A DNA stretch of 64,000 bases from an uncultured Anaerobiospirillum sp. GTDB lineage: Bacteria; Pseudomonadota; Gammaproteobacteria; Enterobacterales; Succinivibrionaceae. Positions 17,511 to 26,829 of this stretch are shown one piece after another (position 1 is the stretch's first letter; the number at the start of each line of letters is the position of its first letter). A program made the position numbers and the translations under genes. Under the pieces are notes generated by a model. The model had not been told where the DNA came from and searched no databases. It saw nothing but the letters and a program-made list of their open reading frames with translations. The stretch is taken from the NCBI GenBank assembly GCA_944392765.1, contig CALXXU010000004.1, positions 1-64,000 on the forward strand, given 5' to 3'.

Positions 17511-18812
17511 ATGGAATTTGCCACCCAATGCCTGCACGCCGGTTATGAGCCTCAGAATGGTGAGCCAGGCGCACTGCCGATTATCCAAAGCACCACCTTC
17601 AAGTACGATCAGACCGCCGATGTCGCGGCCCTCTTTGACTTAAAGGCTGCGGGCTTTTTCTACTCACGCCTTGCTAACCCAACCGTAGATGCCGTTGAGC
17701 GCAAGCTCGCCGCCTTAGAAGGCGGTGTCGGCGCGATCTTAACCAGCTCCGGTCAAGCTGCCAGCTTTATCGCCTTGATGAATCTGTGCCACGCCGGTGA
17801 CCATATTGTGGCCAGCTCCACTATCTACGGTGGTGTGATCAACCTCTTAGCCGTGACTATGAAGCGTTTTGGCATTGAGGTGACCTTGGTCGACCAGAGC
17901 TTGCCTAACGCTGAGCTTGATCAGTACTTTCGCCCAAACACTAAGGCCTTCTACGCTGAGAGCGTGGCCAATCCATCGGCACGCGTCTTAGACTTTGCCC
18001 GCATGGCCGAGCTCGCGCATAGCCACGGCGTGCCGCTGGTAGTCGATAACACTTTCGCTACCCCTTACCTGTGCCGCCCAATTGAGTTTGGGGCCGATAT
18101 CGTGGTTCACTCTACCTCAAAATACCTGGACGGCCACGCCTTAGGCTTGGGCGGTGCCATTATCGACTCGGGTAAGTTTGATTGGGTCGAACATAAGGAC
18201 AAGTTCCCAGAGTTCAGCGAGCCTGACGCGTCTTATCACGGCTGTGTGTACACCGAAGCTTTCGGCAACGCTGCCTATATCGTTAAGGCTCGGGCCCAGC
18301 TCATTCGTGACATTGGCTGCCTGCAAAGCCCACAAAACGCGTTCTACCTCAACCTGGGTCTTGAGACCTTACCTCTGCGCATGCAGCAATATTGCAAGAA
18401 CGCTCAAGCCGTGGCTGAGTACTTAAGCAAGCATCCTAAAGTCGAGGAGGTCTTCTACCCCGGCCTTACGTCCAGCCCAGATCACGAGTTGGCGCAGAAG
18501 TACCTGCCACGTGGCGTATCGGGCGTGCTCTCATTCACGCTCAAGTGCAATGAGGCAACCGCCAGCGCCCCTGATGCGGGACGTCAGTTAGCCGCGCAAT
18601 TCATCGATCACTTACAGCTCGTGGCTTTAAAGGTCCACGTGGCCGATATCAAGAGCATTGTGATGCATCCGGCCAGCACCAGCCACCGCCAGCTCACGGC
18701 GGAGCAATTGGCTGCCGCCGGAGTTAGCCCAACCTTAGTTCGCCTCTCGGTGGGTCTTGAGGATGTCAGCGATATCATTGCTGACTTAGAGCAGGCCTTA
18801 GCGCAAATCTAA
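17511..18812 (+). CDS. metY: O-acetylhomoserine sulfhydrylase, copy 2 (tandem paralog)
   Basis: 433 aa, colinear with copy 1 and mostly identical by eye. Motifs HSTSKYLDGH and RLSVGLEDV are present. It carries a short insertion (CNEATASAPDAGRQLAAQ). SD ggagga precedes the ATG. Confidence 0.88.
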   Translation: MEFATQCLHAGYEPQNGEPGALPIIQSTTFKYDQTADVAALFDLKAAGFFYSRLANPTVDAVERKLAALEGGVGAILTSSGQAASFIALMNLCHAGDHIVASSTIYGGVINLLAVTMKRFGIEVTLVDQSLPNAELDQYFRPNTKAFYAESVANPSARVLDFARMAELAHSHGVPLVVDNTFATPYLCRPIEFGADIVVHSTSKYLDGHALGLGGAIIDSGKFDWVEHKDKFPEFSEPDASYHGCVYTEAFGNAAYIVKARAQLIRDIGCLQSPQNAFYLNLGLETLPLRMQQYCKNAQAVAEYLSKHPKVEEVFYPGLTSSPDHELAQKYLPRGVSGVLSFTLKCNEATASAPDAGRQLAAQFIDHLQLVALKVHVADIKSIVMHPASTSHRQLTAEQLAAAGVSPTLVRLSVGLEDVSDIIADLEQALAQI

Positions 18813-19164
18813 ACTTACGTGCGGCTGATCATGGCGCGGTAGAGGAACAATGCCACCAGATAGAGCACCTCTACCTCCAGCCCGTAACAGCCGCTCCGAG
18901 CGAGGCGCAAGTAGGCCCGCACTCATGGCGGTACAGACCTGCCAGCTGACTAAACGGCCTGAGGACGCCATGAGTATTCCCAAGACGAGTGACGCACAGA
19001 CACTATGACCGGTGCACGCCACTGGTTAACCCACCGCACCTTGCAGCTTTTCATCTTACTGCGAGGAGCCAGCATCAACTGAGAACATTGCACCTGCACA
19101 AAAGCACTGCAACTTTGCACTAACACTCAACCCAGCCCCAGAACCATTCAGGTTAGGCGTGTTC

Positions 19165-20076
19165 TCAGTGGTAGTCACCAAAGGTGGGAATGGTCGCAGC
19201 GTGGTCAGGCCCTACCACTTGGGCGAAAAAGCGATTGATAGCAAGCGGGCAGAAGACCTTAACCTGAGCCGCTCGGTCGAAGCAAAAGCCCCCATAATGG
19301 CGCTCAAGCTCTAAGCATAGCTCCTCCGTGCTCAGATGCAGGCGCTCCGCTGCCACCTCAAGGTAATCCTCAAAGTAAGTGGTGAGCTCAGCTGCGGTGT
19401 AGCCCAACAAGTCCGCATACGCAGGCTCCCAGGTGAGATCACGGATATCGGAGCCGCCCCAAATGGTGGAAGATTGGTGACAAGTCACTCCTGTTAAGAG
19501 CGTAAACCAAAGGTTCGGCAACTCCCGTAGCCACGCTGCTAACTGCCGGAGCACCTTGCTGGTAGCATCAAAAGCCGCTCTGTGATGGAGCTGAGCCGAT
19601 AATGGGAAATCCCAATCATCAATCAGAACGACAAGATCAGTCCCGTGGGTCATGACCTCGAGTTCACCTAAAGTCTCAGTCAAAGATAGGCCTTGTTCGC
19701 TAAGCGCAGCGGCCTCAGTAAAGCCTGCTGCCTCAAAGGCAGAGCACAAGCGCGCCGCCAAGTCAGCACTCAGCGTGGTGGGGTTAGTTAGGCCCGCTAA
19801 GGACATCATGACCACCGGAAAGGTGCCGTGCGGCCACCGGGCTTGCACCGCCAGCCCCGCACAAGCTGGATTGTCTTGAGCACCATGAGCAAAGAGCTCT
19901 TGCAGCGTTGATAGCAGCAAGGTTTTGCCAAAACCATTAGGTCGCGCAAGAAATAAGGTTGAGCCCAGAGCCAGCTCTGCCAGCTGAGCAGTCTTATCCA
20001 CCAAGAGCTTATGCTGCTGACGCAACTGCCTCAAGCTCTCCGTCCCCAGTGGCAAGTCTTGTAACGCTTGTTCCAT
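19165..20076 (-). CDS. predicted AAA-ATPase (PF09820-like N-terminal domain), truncated form
   Basis: From ATG 20076 (SD aagga): MEQALQDLPLGTESLRQLRQQHKLLVDKTAQLAEL...LFLARPNGFGKTLLLSTLQELFAHG...VLIDDWDFPL. This matches the characteristic LP.G...F..l......vDKT..i..l...FL.RPRRFGKSL pattern of that family (recalled). It lacks the usual C-terminal PD-(D/E)XK domain. Confidence 0.65.
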   Translation of the reverse strand: MEQALQDLPLGTESLRQLRQQHKLLVDKTAQLAELALGSTLFLARPNGFGKTLLLSTLQELFAHGAQDNPACAGLAVQARWPHGTFPVVMMSLAGLTNPTTLSADLAARLCSAFEAAGFTEAAALSEQGLSLTETLGELEVMTHGTDLVVLIDDWDFPLSAQLHHRAAFDATSKVLRQLAAWLRELPNLWFTLLTGVTCHQSSTIWGGSDIRDLTWEPAYADLLGYTAAELTTYFEDYLEVAAERLHLSTEELCLELERHYGGFCFDRAAQVKVFCPLAINRFFAQVVGPDHAATIPTFGDYH

Positions 20077-20491
20077 CTTCTGTTCCTTGACACTCAACGG
20101 TCGGCGCGCCATGACCACTGTACGCCCTCTCAAGCGCTTGGTCGTGGGCTGCTTTCAATAGCTTGATCGTTATGCGGTCGTTATGCGGTACTTCGGCTCA
20201 ACGCGGTGGTCATTGCTGGTCGTAGCGCTTAAGAACGAAGCACAAAGACCGTACCATAATGCAGCCGCTGCGAGCTGCTACGAGACCTGCCTGATAGCGA
20301 CCTTTAGCTTGAGACAACTGGCGCCCCAGTGATGACAACTGGCGATCCAGTGATTTTGCAGCTCCCCCACACCAGCGCCCAGCTCATTGAGACAAGGCCT
20401 TAGGCGTAACGAACCCTCACCCATAACGTTCCATGTTCACCACTTAAGTATATAATAACACCACACTGTAGACTTAACGAGGAGCATATCC

Positions 20492-21751
20492 ATGGAGCAA
20501 CTACCCCGTCTCACCCTCGGCAATCCCTACTTTTGCCGCGTGCGCGATGAACACACCGTGCTGGTGGACAAGACTGCTAAGCTGGTCGAGCTGACCAACA
20601 ATCACAGGGTCTTTTTAGCGCGCCCGCGCCATATGGGCAAAACCCTGCTACACACCACCCTTACCGAGCTCTTTACCCATGGCGCCCGTAATAATCCTTA
20701 CTTTGAGGGCTTAGCGATTAAAGAGCAGTGGCCGGATGAATGGCGCTACCCGGTGGTTTACCTCTCACTCTTTGGGCTAAGTGACACAGAGAGCTTGGAG
20801 GCGAGCCTGTGCGCCCGTATCCGCTCTGCCTTGGTCAAAGCAGGTTTTAATGAGGCGCAAGACCCTCCAGTAGATGTTCTGAACCACCAATTAGAGCGCA
20901 TGAGCAATCTGATCTTTGGTCATAAAATCGCGGTGCTGATTGATGACTGGGTCTATCCGCTCCTGACCTGCGGTAACGATGTCGCTGCATACGAGGCTAG
21001 GCATGCGGTATTTCAGACGCTCATGGGCTGGCTCTATGTTCAGGAAGGCATAGCTTTCACCTTGGTGACTGGTTTAGGCCGCGATCCCTATCCATCCATG
21101 GTCGGAGACCTATTGGACATCAGCCGAGATACCTTTTTTGCAGATCTCACCGGCTTTACCTCCGAGGAAATCAGCACCTACTTTGCGCCACACCTCAAGC
21201 GTGCCGCTGAGCTGCGAGGCTGTAGCTCAAGCGAGCTGGTCGATCAAATCCAGGAGCACTACGGCAACATGTGCTTTGACCACGACTACCAAGTCATCGT
21301 GGCATGCCCATGGTCGGTCACCAACTTTTTGCAGAAAGTGGTCGATCAGCCTGACAGCGAGCCGCAGTTCGTGCCGTTTCGCAGGGAAGGCTATCGCTCC
21401 GATAAGCTGAGCATGCGACCGACGTCAGGTAACTTGGTCAATCCAAAGCCTCAAGCCCCCAACCGCGATCAAGTGCTGCGGCAAGCCTTCCTCAACATGA
21501 TTGAGCAGGCCTCAGATCCCCATTCTTGGCGCAAGCAAGTTCCGGTCAAGCGCGACCTGCTGATAAATACCTTGACCCAAGAATATGAGGTAATCAAGCG
21601 CGCAGAGGTCGAAGTTGACTACGATGAGATCAAGGGCATGGTCTTAGGCTGCGTCGCTTTTGCCGGTATGCGCGGCATGTCTTATGACTGCCAGATCGAG
21701 TGCGATGAGTTAGTGGCGCGCTTTATCGAAGCCTTACCAAATCTGCCTTAG
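20492..21751 (+). CDS. predicted AAA-ATPase (PF09820-like), paralog of 19165..20076
   Basis: MEQLPRLTLGNPYFCRVRDEHTVLVDKTAKLVEL...VFLARPRHMGKTLLHTTLTELFTHG...VLIDDWVYPL. SD gaggag is present. The gene is divergently oriented to its paralog. Confidence 0.65.
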   Translation: MEQLPRLTLGNPYFCRVRDEHTVLVDKTAKLVELTNNHRVFLARPRHMGKTLLHTTLTELFTHGARNNPYFEGLAIKEQWPDEWRYPVVYLSLFGLSDTESLEASLCARIRSALVKAGFNEAQDPPVDVLNHQLERMSNLIFGHKIAVLIDDWVYPLLTCGNDVAAYEARHAVFQTLMGWLYVQEGIAFTLVTGLGRDPYPSMVGDLLDISRDTFFADLTGFTSEEISTYFAPHLKRAAELRGCSSSELVDQIQEHYGNMCFDHDYQVIVACPWSVTNFLQKVVDQPDSEPQFVPFRREGYRSDKLSMRPTSGNLVNPKPQAPNRDQVLRQAFLNMIEQASDPHSWRKQVPVKRDLLINTLTQEYEVIKRAEVEVDYDEIKGMVLGCVAFAGMRGMSYDCQIECDELVARFIEALPNLP

Positions 21752-21979
21752 CGCGCCTTGACCGATTGACCCTAAGCTTTTTAGCTGACTGAGATTTATG
21801 CGCTTGAGCTTAACTGAATCTCAGCGCCCAGGCTTAGGGCCTGAGCTTAACAGCCCATAAGCACTGGGGCTTAGGGCCTGAGCTTAGCTGCCCTTAGCTC
21901 AAGTCTAAGCCCAGCACTGAGCCTTCATCTGGCTATAGTGACCATGTTTTGTAGAGGCCAAACAGGAGGCTCAGAATCC

Positions 21980-22903
21980 ATGCCCCGATTCAATCCATTC
22001 CACAGCAGCAATAAGAACTGGGTGGCTCAAGCAGAGCACAAGCTAAAGGTAGCTTGGCACTCCAATGATATGACATCCGTAGTCCAAACTCTAAATCAAC
22101 TCATGGGCTCAATTCCAGCTCCCATGTGGGACGGCATACCAGATGCTGCTTTTCGCACCTTCATCAGCTGGGCCTTTCAGGCCAGCCAAGTATCTGATCA
22201 TGTGCGCGAAATAATGAGCAACCAAGGAGCTGCCAAACTTGAAGTTAGTCTGGGCGCTCAAATCTGTCTGATCGTGCCCAAATGCTTGCACTGCAACCAT
22301 GGCACCGCAACCACTGAGTGCGCACAGTCGATCTTGCAGCTCGCGGCCGAGGCTCAAATCCAGATAAAAGGAAACACGATAGGACAGCCGCGTTTAGCCC
22401 TAATTTTAGTGATCGATGCAGCCAGCCCTCAAATTGCCTACTGGCGCTTTATCAAGCACGATCTAGCGTTCCAATCAGGCTGGGTCGAGCCCTTTCACGA
22501 GCCCGCAGCAGCTGGGAGCTCGGAGTACACTACTCAAGACGCTCTCGTGCAACCAACAGCAGACCATCAGGCCGCTGCCGCCCATGTCGCCATAGCCCCG
22601 TCTGACCCGCACCTAAAGACCACGTTCCAATATGTGATTGAATTAGCCGCCGAAGCTCCTAACGGCATCAATCAGCTCACCATCACGCCAGATAAGCTCG
22701 TGTCTAACCTGCTCTTACTTGTTCAAAAGCTTCTGCAGGCTGACATCAAGTTCACCACAGCAGAGCTAACCCCTATGGTTAACGCCGCCATTCGAGCTTC
22801 GCTCGCAACTGATGCCCCTAATGCCATTGTGGTTGATCGCGCTGCTTTGACCGAGCAGTTAAGCGCGACTCTGCTCGATCTAAAACCAGGCTCAGCGTCT
22901 TAA
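21980..22903 (+). CDS. hypothetical protein (possibly a degenerate PD-(D/E)XK_9-like module split from the upstream gene)
   Basis: ATG 21980 sits behind aggagg (residue 15 of the track ORF). The segment FRTFISWAFQ...SNQGAAKLEVSLGAQICLIVPKC...AQSILQLAAEAQ...LALILVIDAAS.QIAYWRF has the order of elements seen C-terminal to PF09820 domains. However, the catalytic residues look substituted. Confidence 0.4.
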   Translation: MPRFNPFHSSNKNWVAQAEHKLKVAWHSNDMTSVVQTLNQLMGSIPAPMWDGIPDAAFRTFISWAFQASQVSDHVREIMSNQGAAKLEVSLGAQICLIVPKCLHCNHGTATTECAQSILQLAAEAQIQIKGNTIGQPRLALILVIDAASPQIAYWRFIKHDLAFQSGWVEPFHEPAAAGSSEYTTQDALVQPTADHQAAAAHVAIAPSDPHLKTTFQYVIELAAEAPNGINQLTITPDKLVSNLLLLVQKLLQADIKFTTAELTPMVNAAIRASLATDAPNAIVVDRAALTEQLSATLLDLKPGSAS

Positions 22904-22989
22904 GCTGAGCCTAGCTAGGGCAAACCCTAAACGCAGGGGCTTAGGGCCTGCGCTTAAGGCCTGAAGCGCTTGGGGTTAAGCACTGGGGC

Positions 22990-24360
22990 TTAGCGGGCCT
23001 TGAGGGCCTCGACTAAGCGGCCCTTGACGTTCTCAAAGCCGCCGTTGCTCATGACTACGACCGTGGTGTGCTCATCGGTGGCCTTGACCACGGCGTCAAT
23101 CAGGTCTTGGGTGTTGGTCATGATGATGTGCAGCGGCTTAGGGCAGTCGCGCTCTAAGATCGACATATCCCAGTGCACGGCCTCATTGTGATAGACAAAG
23201 ACCTCATCGGCGGCGGCAAAGGATGCTCCCAAGAACTCACGATTGGCCCCCATCTTCATCGAGTTGGAGCGTGGCTCAAAGACGCAGACAATGCGCCGCT
23301 CTGGACCGACACTCTTGCGCAGGCCCTCTAAGGTGGTGGCAATCGCGGTTGGATGGTGGGCAAAGTCGTCATAGACCTTGATGTCCCCAATGGTGCCGAC
23401 GAGCTCCATGCGGCGCTTTGGCATCTTAAAGGTAGCCAGCGCCTGAGCGCCGTCCTTAAAGTCAATGCCGATCGACTTGGCTGCTAACAGCGCCATAAAG
23501 GCATTGTGGGCATTGTGCACGCCGGTGGCCGCTAAGGACACCGCGCACAGCTCGGCGCCGCTTGCTTGCTCGATTACCTTGAAGGCTGAGCCATCTTCGT
23601 GGGTGAGCTCGAGGGAGTAAGGGCAGTCCTCAGCCCCGACCGCGATACTCTTCGACCACAGGCCCTTTTTGATGGTGTCCACGGCATTTTGGTCATGGGC
23701 TGGATAGATCACCGTGCCCGAGCTTGGGACAATGCGCACCATCTGGTGGAATTGCTTCTTGATGTCTTCGATGCTGTTGAAGATATCGGCGTGGTCAAAC
23801 TCGATATTGTTGATAATGGCGATATTCGGGTGATAGTGGACGAACTTGGAGCGCTTATCAAAGAAGGCGCAGTCGTACTCATCGGCCTCAATCACAAAGT
23901 ACTCGCTGTCGGTAGCGCGCGCCGAGTAACCAAAGTTCTCAGGAATGCCACCCACTAAGAAGCTTGGATTACGGCCAGTGGCCTCTAAGATCCAAGTTAG
24001 CATGGCCGTGGTGGTGGTCTTGCCATGGGTGCCCGAGACTGCAAGCACAGTCTTGTGACGCAGATAGAGATCTTCTAAGAACTGAGGACCTGAGACGTAG
24101 TTCATGCGCTCATCGAGCATGCGCTCCACGACCGGCATGCCGCGCTTCATGACATTGCCCACTACGATGAGGTCAGGCTTGCAATCGAGCTGCTCGGCGC
24201 CATAGCCTTGGTAAATCTCAATGCCCGCCTCCTTGAGCTCATCGCTCATTGGGGGATAGACATTTTGGTCTGAGCCCGTAACTTTATGCCCAGCCTGCTG
24301 TGCAATCAGGGCAATACCGCCCATAAAGGTGCCGCAAATACCAAGGATATGAATGTGCAT
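22990..24360 (-). CDS. mpl: UDP-N-acetylmuramate:L-alanyl-gamma-D-glutamyl-meso-diaminopimelate ligase
   Basis: From Met13 of the track ORF: MHIHILGICGTFMGGIALIA..., GTHGKTTT, EADEYDCAFFDKRSKFVHY, and FDHADIF. It is colinear with E. coli Mpl (recalled). Confidence 0.9.
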   Translation of the reverse strand: MHIHILGICGTFMGGIALIAQQAGHKVTGSDQNVYPPMSDELKEAGIEIYQGYGAEQLDCKPDLIVVGNVMKRGMPVVERMLDERMNYVSGPQFLEDLYLRHKTVLAVSGTHGKTTTTAMLTWILEATGRNPSFLVGGIPENFGYSARATDSEYFVIEADEYDCAFFDKRSKFVHYHPNIAIINNIEFDHADIFNSIEDIKKQFHQMVRIVPSSGTVIYPAHDQNAVDTIKKGLWSKSIAVGAEDCPYSLELTHEDGSAFKVIEQASGAELCAVSLAATGVHNAHNAFMALLAAKSIGIDFKDGAQALATFKMPKRRMELVGTIGDIKVYDDFAHHPTAIATTLEGLRKSVGPERRIVCVFEPRSNSMKMGANREFLGASFAAADEVFVYHNEAVHWDMSILERDCPKPLHIIMTNTQDLIDAVVKATDEHTTVVVMSNGGFENVKGRLVEALKAR

Positions 24361-24399
24361 GACAAAACTCGCTTCTCGCAAGAATAAAAAAGCCAAGAC

Positions 24400-25170
24400 C
24401 CCGGCCCTCTCCCACCCTTGGGAGTAAGCCTAAGTCTTGGCTATTGTAGCCGATCGCGCCGCCCTGGGCGCGCCACCTGCCGCACCGCGCATTGCGCCGC
24501 CACGGCGCCCGCTCAGTGCGCCCTGAACTATGCGCCGCATCAACTAGGCACCCGTATTAAGCGCGCCATGCGGACCACGCGCGAACTAAGCAGCTCGCAG
24601 CGCGCTGAACTTGTTATGAGCCTATGAGCACACGCTGGGACGTATTAAGCGCACTCTCCGCACGCTACGCTCAGTCAGCTTGAGGCGCGCAGAGCGCAGT
24701 CCCTTGGAGCGTGTGGCACACACTCAGGGCCGTACTAAGCTCACTTACGTTCACGCTGAGCGTAGCAAGCTCAGCTCGTTGGGAGCCCACTCTGAGCTTA
24801 ATCTGGAAACGAGCTAAACCCACTGGGTATCCACAGCTCTGCAAATCGAGATTAGCTCGTTTCGAGCCCGTTATGAGCACCATCGAGGTACGTACTAAGC
24901 TCGCTTAGTGCCCGCGCTCAGCTTAGCAAGCACACGCTCAGAGCGCTCTGGCTCAATCTGCTGAGAGCTTGCACCCAACACATTCTGGGCACACGCACTG
25001 AGCTGGTTATGGGCCTGCGCTGGGCACGTACTGAGTCAGCACTATTGCTCAGCCCGCTTGGTACCTACGCCGGGTGCGTCCTGTGAGCACCTGGACTCGA
25101 GTTGAGCTCAATGAGCCAGACTGAAGCTCGCTTTGAGTGCGCTCTAACCAGAGGCAGAAGGTGCGCTGCG
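24400..25170. repeat. GC-rich word-repeat spacer (ctgagc/gctcag/gcttag/ctaagc-rich)
   Basis: About 770 bp without a credible ORF. It is packed with gtactaagctc, gctgagcgtagcaagctcagctc, ctgagcttaatc, gcgctcagcttagcaagc and similar words. Confidence 0.65.
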
Positions 25171-25178
25171 AGCTGGTC

Positions 25179-26303
25179 TTACTCCAATGGTACGGTCTGA
25201 GTGAGGTTGTGGTGCACCTGGCACTTGAGGTAAACGTCAAAGGCGCGCGAGTGCGTTTCCTTGGCCTTGCCCTGCTCATCGATTTCGATGGCATAGACCG
25301 CGACGTCGTTCTTATTGCCCCACTCGACGGCCTCCTTGGCGCCCATGACTAATAAGCCGGTATCCAAGGCGTCGGTCACTAAGGCAGCGCGATCAACCAC
25401 CGAAACCGAGACGGTGCGGTGGGCAATTGGACGGCCGGTCTTTGGGTCAATTACGTGGGAGTAGAAGTCGTTGGTCTTATCGTCGATAAAGAAATTGCGG
25501 TAAGAACCAGCCGTCGAAATCGCCATGCCCTGCGGGCAGACAGCGGTAAAGACCTTTTGGCCGTTGCTTAATGGGTCTTCAATGCCGACGCGCCAGAGCT
25601 TGCCCTCAGGGTTGGCGCCCTTGGAGCGAATGGCACCGGCAATGGCGATCATGTAATTTGCCACACCCTTTTGATCCATGATGGCCGCGAGCTCATCGGC
25701 TGCTAAGCCCTCACCAATGGTCGAGAGGTCAAGCTCGACGCGTGGGTCGGTCTTAACTAAGAAGGCCGTGCCCCCAGCTCTACGCAGCGAGAACTTGTCT
25801 AAGCCGACATAGGTCTTAGTCTCGGCGATCTGCTCATCAGTTGGGGCATGCTCAATTTGGCCTTTTGGACCAAAGCCCCAGAGGTTGACCAGCGGTCCTA
25901 CCGTTGGATCCATCGCTTGGCCGATGCGGCGCGACTGGCGTTGCACTTCCTCGAGCACCTGACCTAAGTAGCTTGAGATTGGGAAGTCACCGGTGCTGTG
26001 GTGCTCATTGAAGCGGGCAATTTCGGCCGTCTTATCAAAGGTCGAAATGGCCTTGCCCACCTTGGTGAAGACAAATTCGGCGTCCGAGCGTAAGGTGTCC
26101 TCACCACCAGGATAGCCGCCTGGCACCGTGATGTAATAGAAGGTACCAAAAACCTGACCATTGATCTTGGTGACTTCAGTAAAAGGCTGGGTGAGCACAT
26201 CACCACTCGTGCCGCCCACCGGCGTCTGCTCCTTACCACAGCCGCTTAATGCCACCAAAGATAAAGCTAAGAGCGACGCGGTCAGTACTTTTGTTACCTT
26301 CAT
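25179..26303 (-). CDS. apbE: FAD:protein FMN transferase (ApbE family lipoprotein)
   Basis: Lipobox LVALSGC, motifs AISTAGSYRNFF and SHVIDPKTGRP, and ApbE-typical length. Confidence 0.88.
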   Translation of the reverse strand: MKVTKVLTASLLALSLVALSGCGKEQTPVGGTSGDVLTQPFTEVTKINGQVFGTFYYITVPGGYPGGEDTLRSDAEFVFTKVGKAISTFDKTAEIARFNEHHSTGDFPISSYLGQVLEEVQRQSRRIGQAMDPTVGPLVNLWGFGPKGQIEHAPTDEQIAETKTYVGLDKFSLRRAGGTAFLVKTDPRVELDLSTIGEGLAADELAAIMDQKGVANYMIAIAGAIRSKGANPEGKLWRVGIEDPLSNGQKVFTAVCPQGMAISTAGSYRNFFIDDKTNDFYSHVIDPKTGRPIAHRTVSVSVVDRAALVTDALDTGLLVMGAKEAVEWGNKNDVAVYAIEIDEQGKAKETHSRAFDVYLKCQVHHNLTQTVPLE

Positions 26304-26343
26304 TACAACCTCCCTCTAGGGCCTAAACCTGCTGGATTAAGGC

Positions 26344-26577
26344 CTAAACCTGTTGGAACTCAATCGGCTCGTGCATGCAATGCTTGGTTGGCTTATGCTC
26401 CTTTTTGCCGTTGAAGCCACAGGAGGTGTTAGCACAAGCCGCGCAGTTGATGCCCTCTAAGATGGCGTGAGCCTCGCTCTCGCTCTTGAGCGCACCGCGC
26501 TTGAAAATCAGACTGAGCGCCATGCACAGCACAAACACACAAAAGATGCCAAAGGTCACTAAGTAAATCATTCCCAC
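26344..26577 (-). CDS. small Cys-rich membrane protein, NqrM-like (DUF539-like)
   Basis: 77 aa with one N-terminal TM helix followed by K/R and a Cys cluster (CAACANTSCG...KHC). It lies immediately upstream of apbE, co-oriented. Family assignment rests on architecture and context only. Confidence 0.45.
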   Translation of the reverse strand: MGMIYLVTFGIFCVFVLCMALSLIFKRGALKSESEAHAILEGINCAACANTSCGFNGKKEHKPTKHCMHEPIEFQQV

Positions 26578-26829
26578 CTCACTTGCGCGCTCCAGGGTGA
26601 ACCGGCGCGCTCATTGTAAGCTGACATTAAGAAAACTATAGCGCAAAAGGCCTAAATCTGTATGGCCTTGCGCAAATTTATCCGGTGCGCGACGTTGATT
26701 GTGCGCACCGGCCTCACTAAAATAAGGGGATTTTGGACTGCGCGCGCCTAAGCGGCCTGCGCTTTAAGTCCTAGTTTAGGGTGCCTTAACCTAATAAAGG
26801 TTAAATTTTAACGAAGGTTAAATTTTGTC

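Noticed and set aside
17158-17643. 161-aa plus-strand ORF running from the spacer into metY copy 2
   Set aside because: It is out of frame with, and overlaps, the well-supported metY start at 17511 (SD ggagga). Its upstream half is translated word-repeat spacer.
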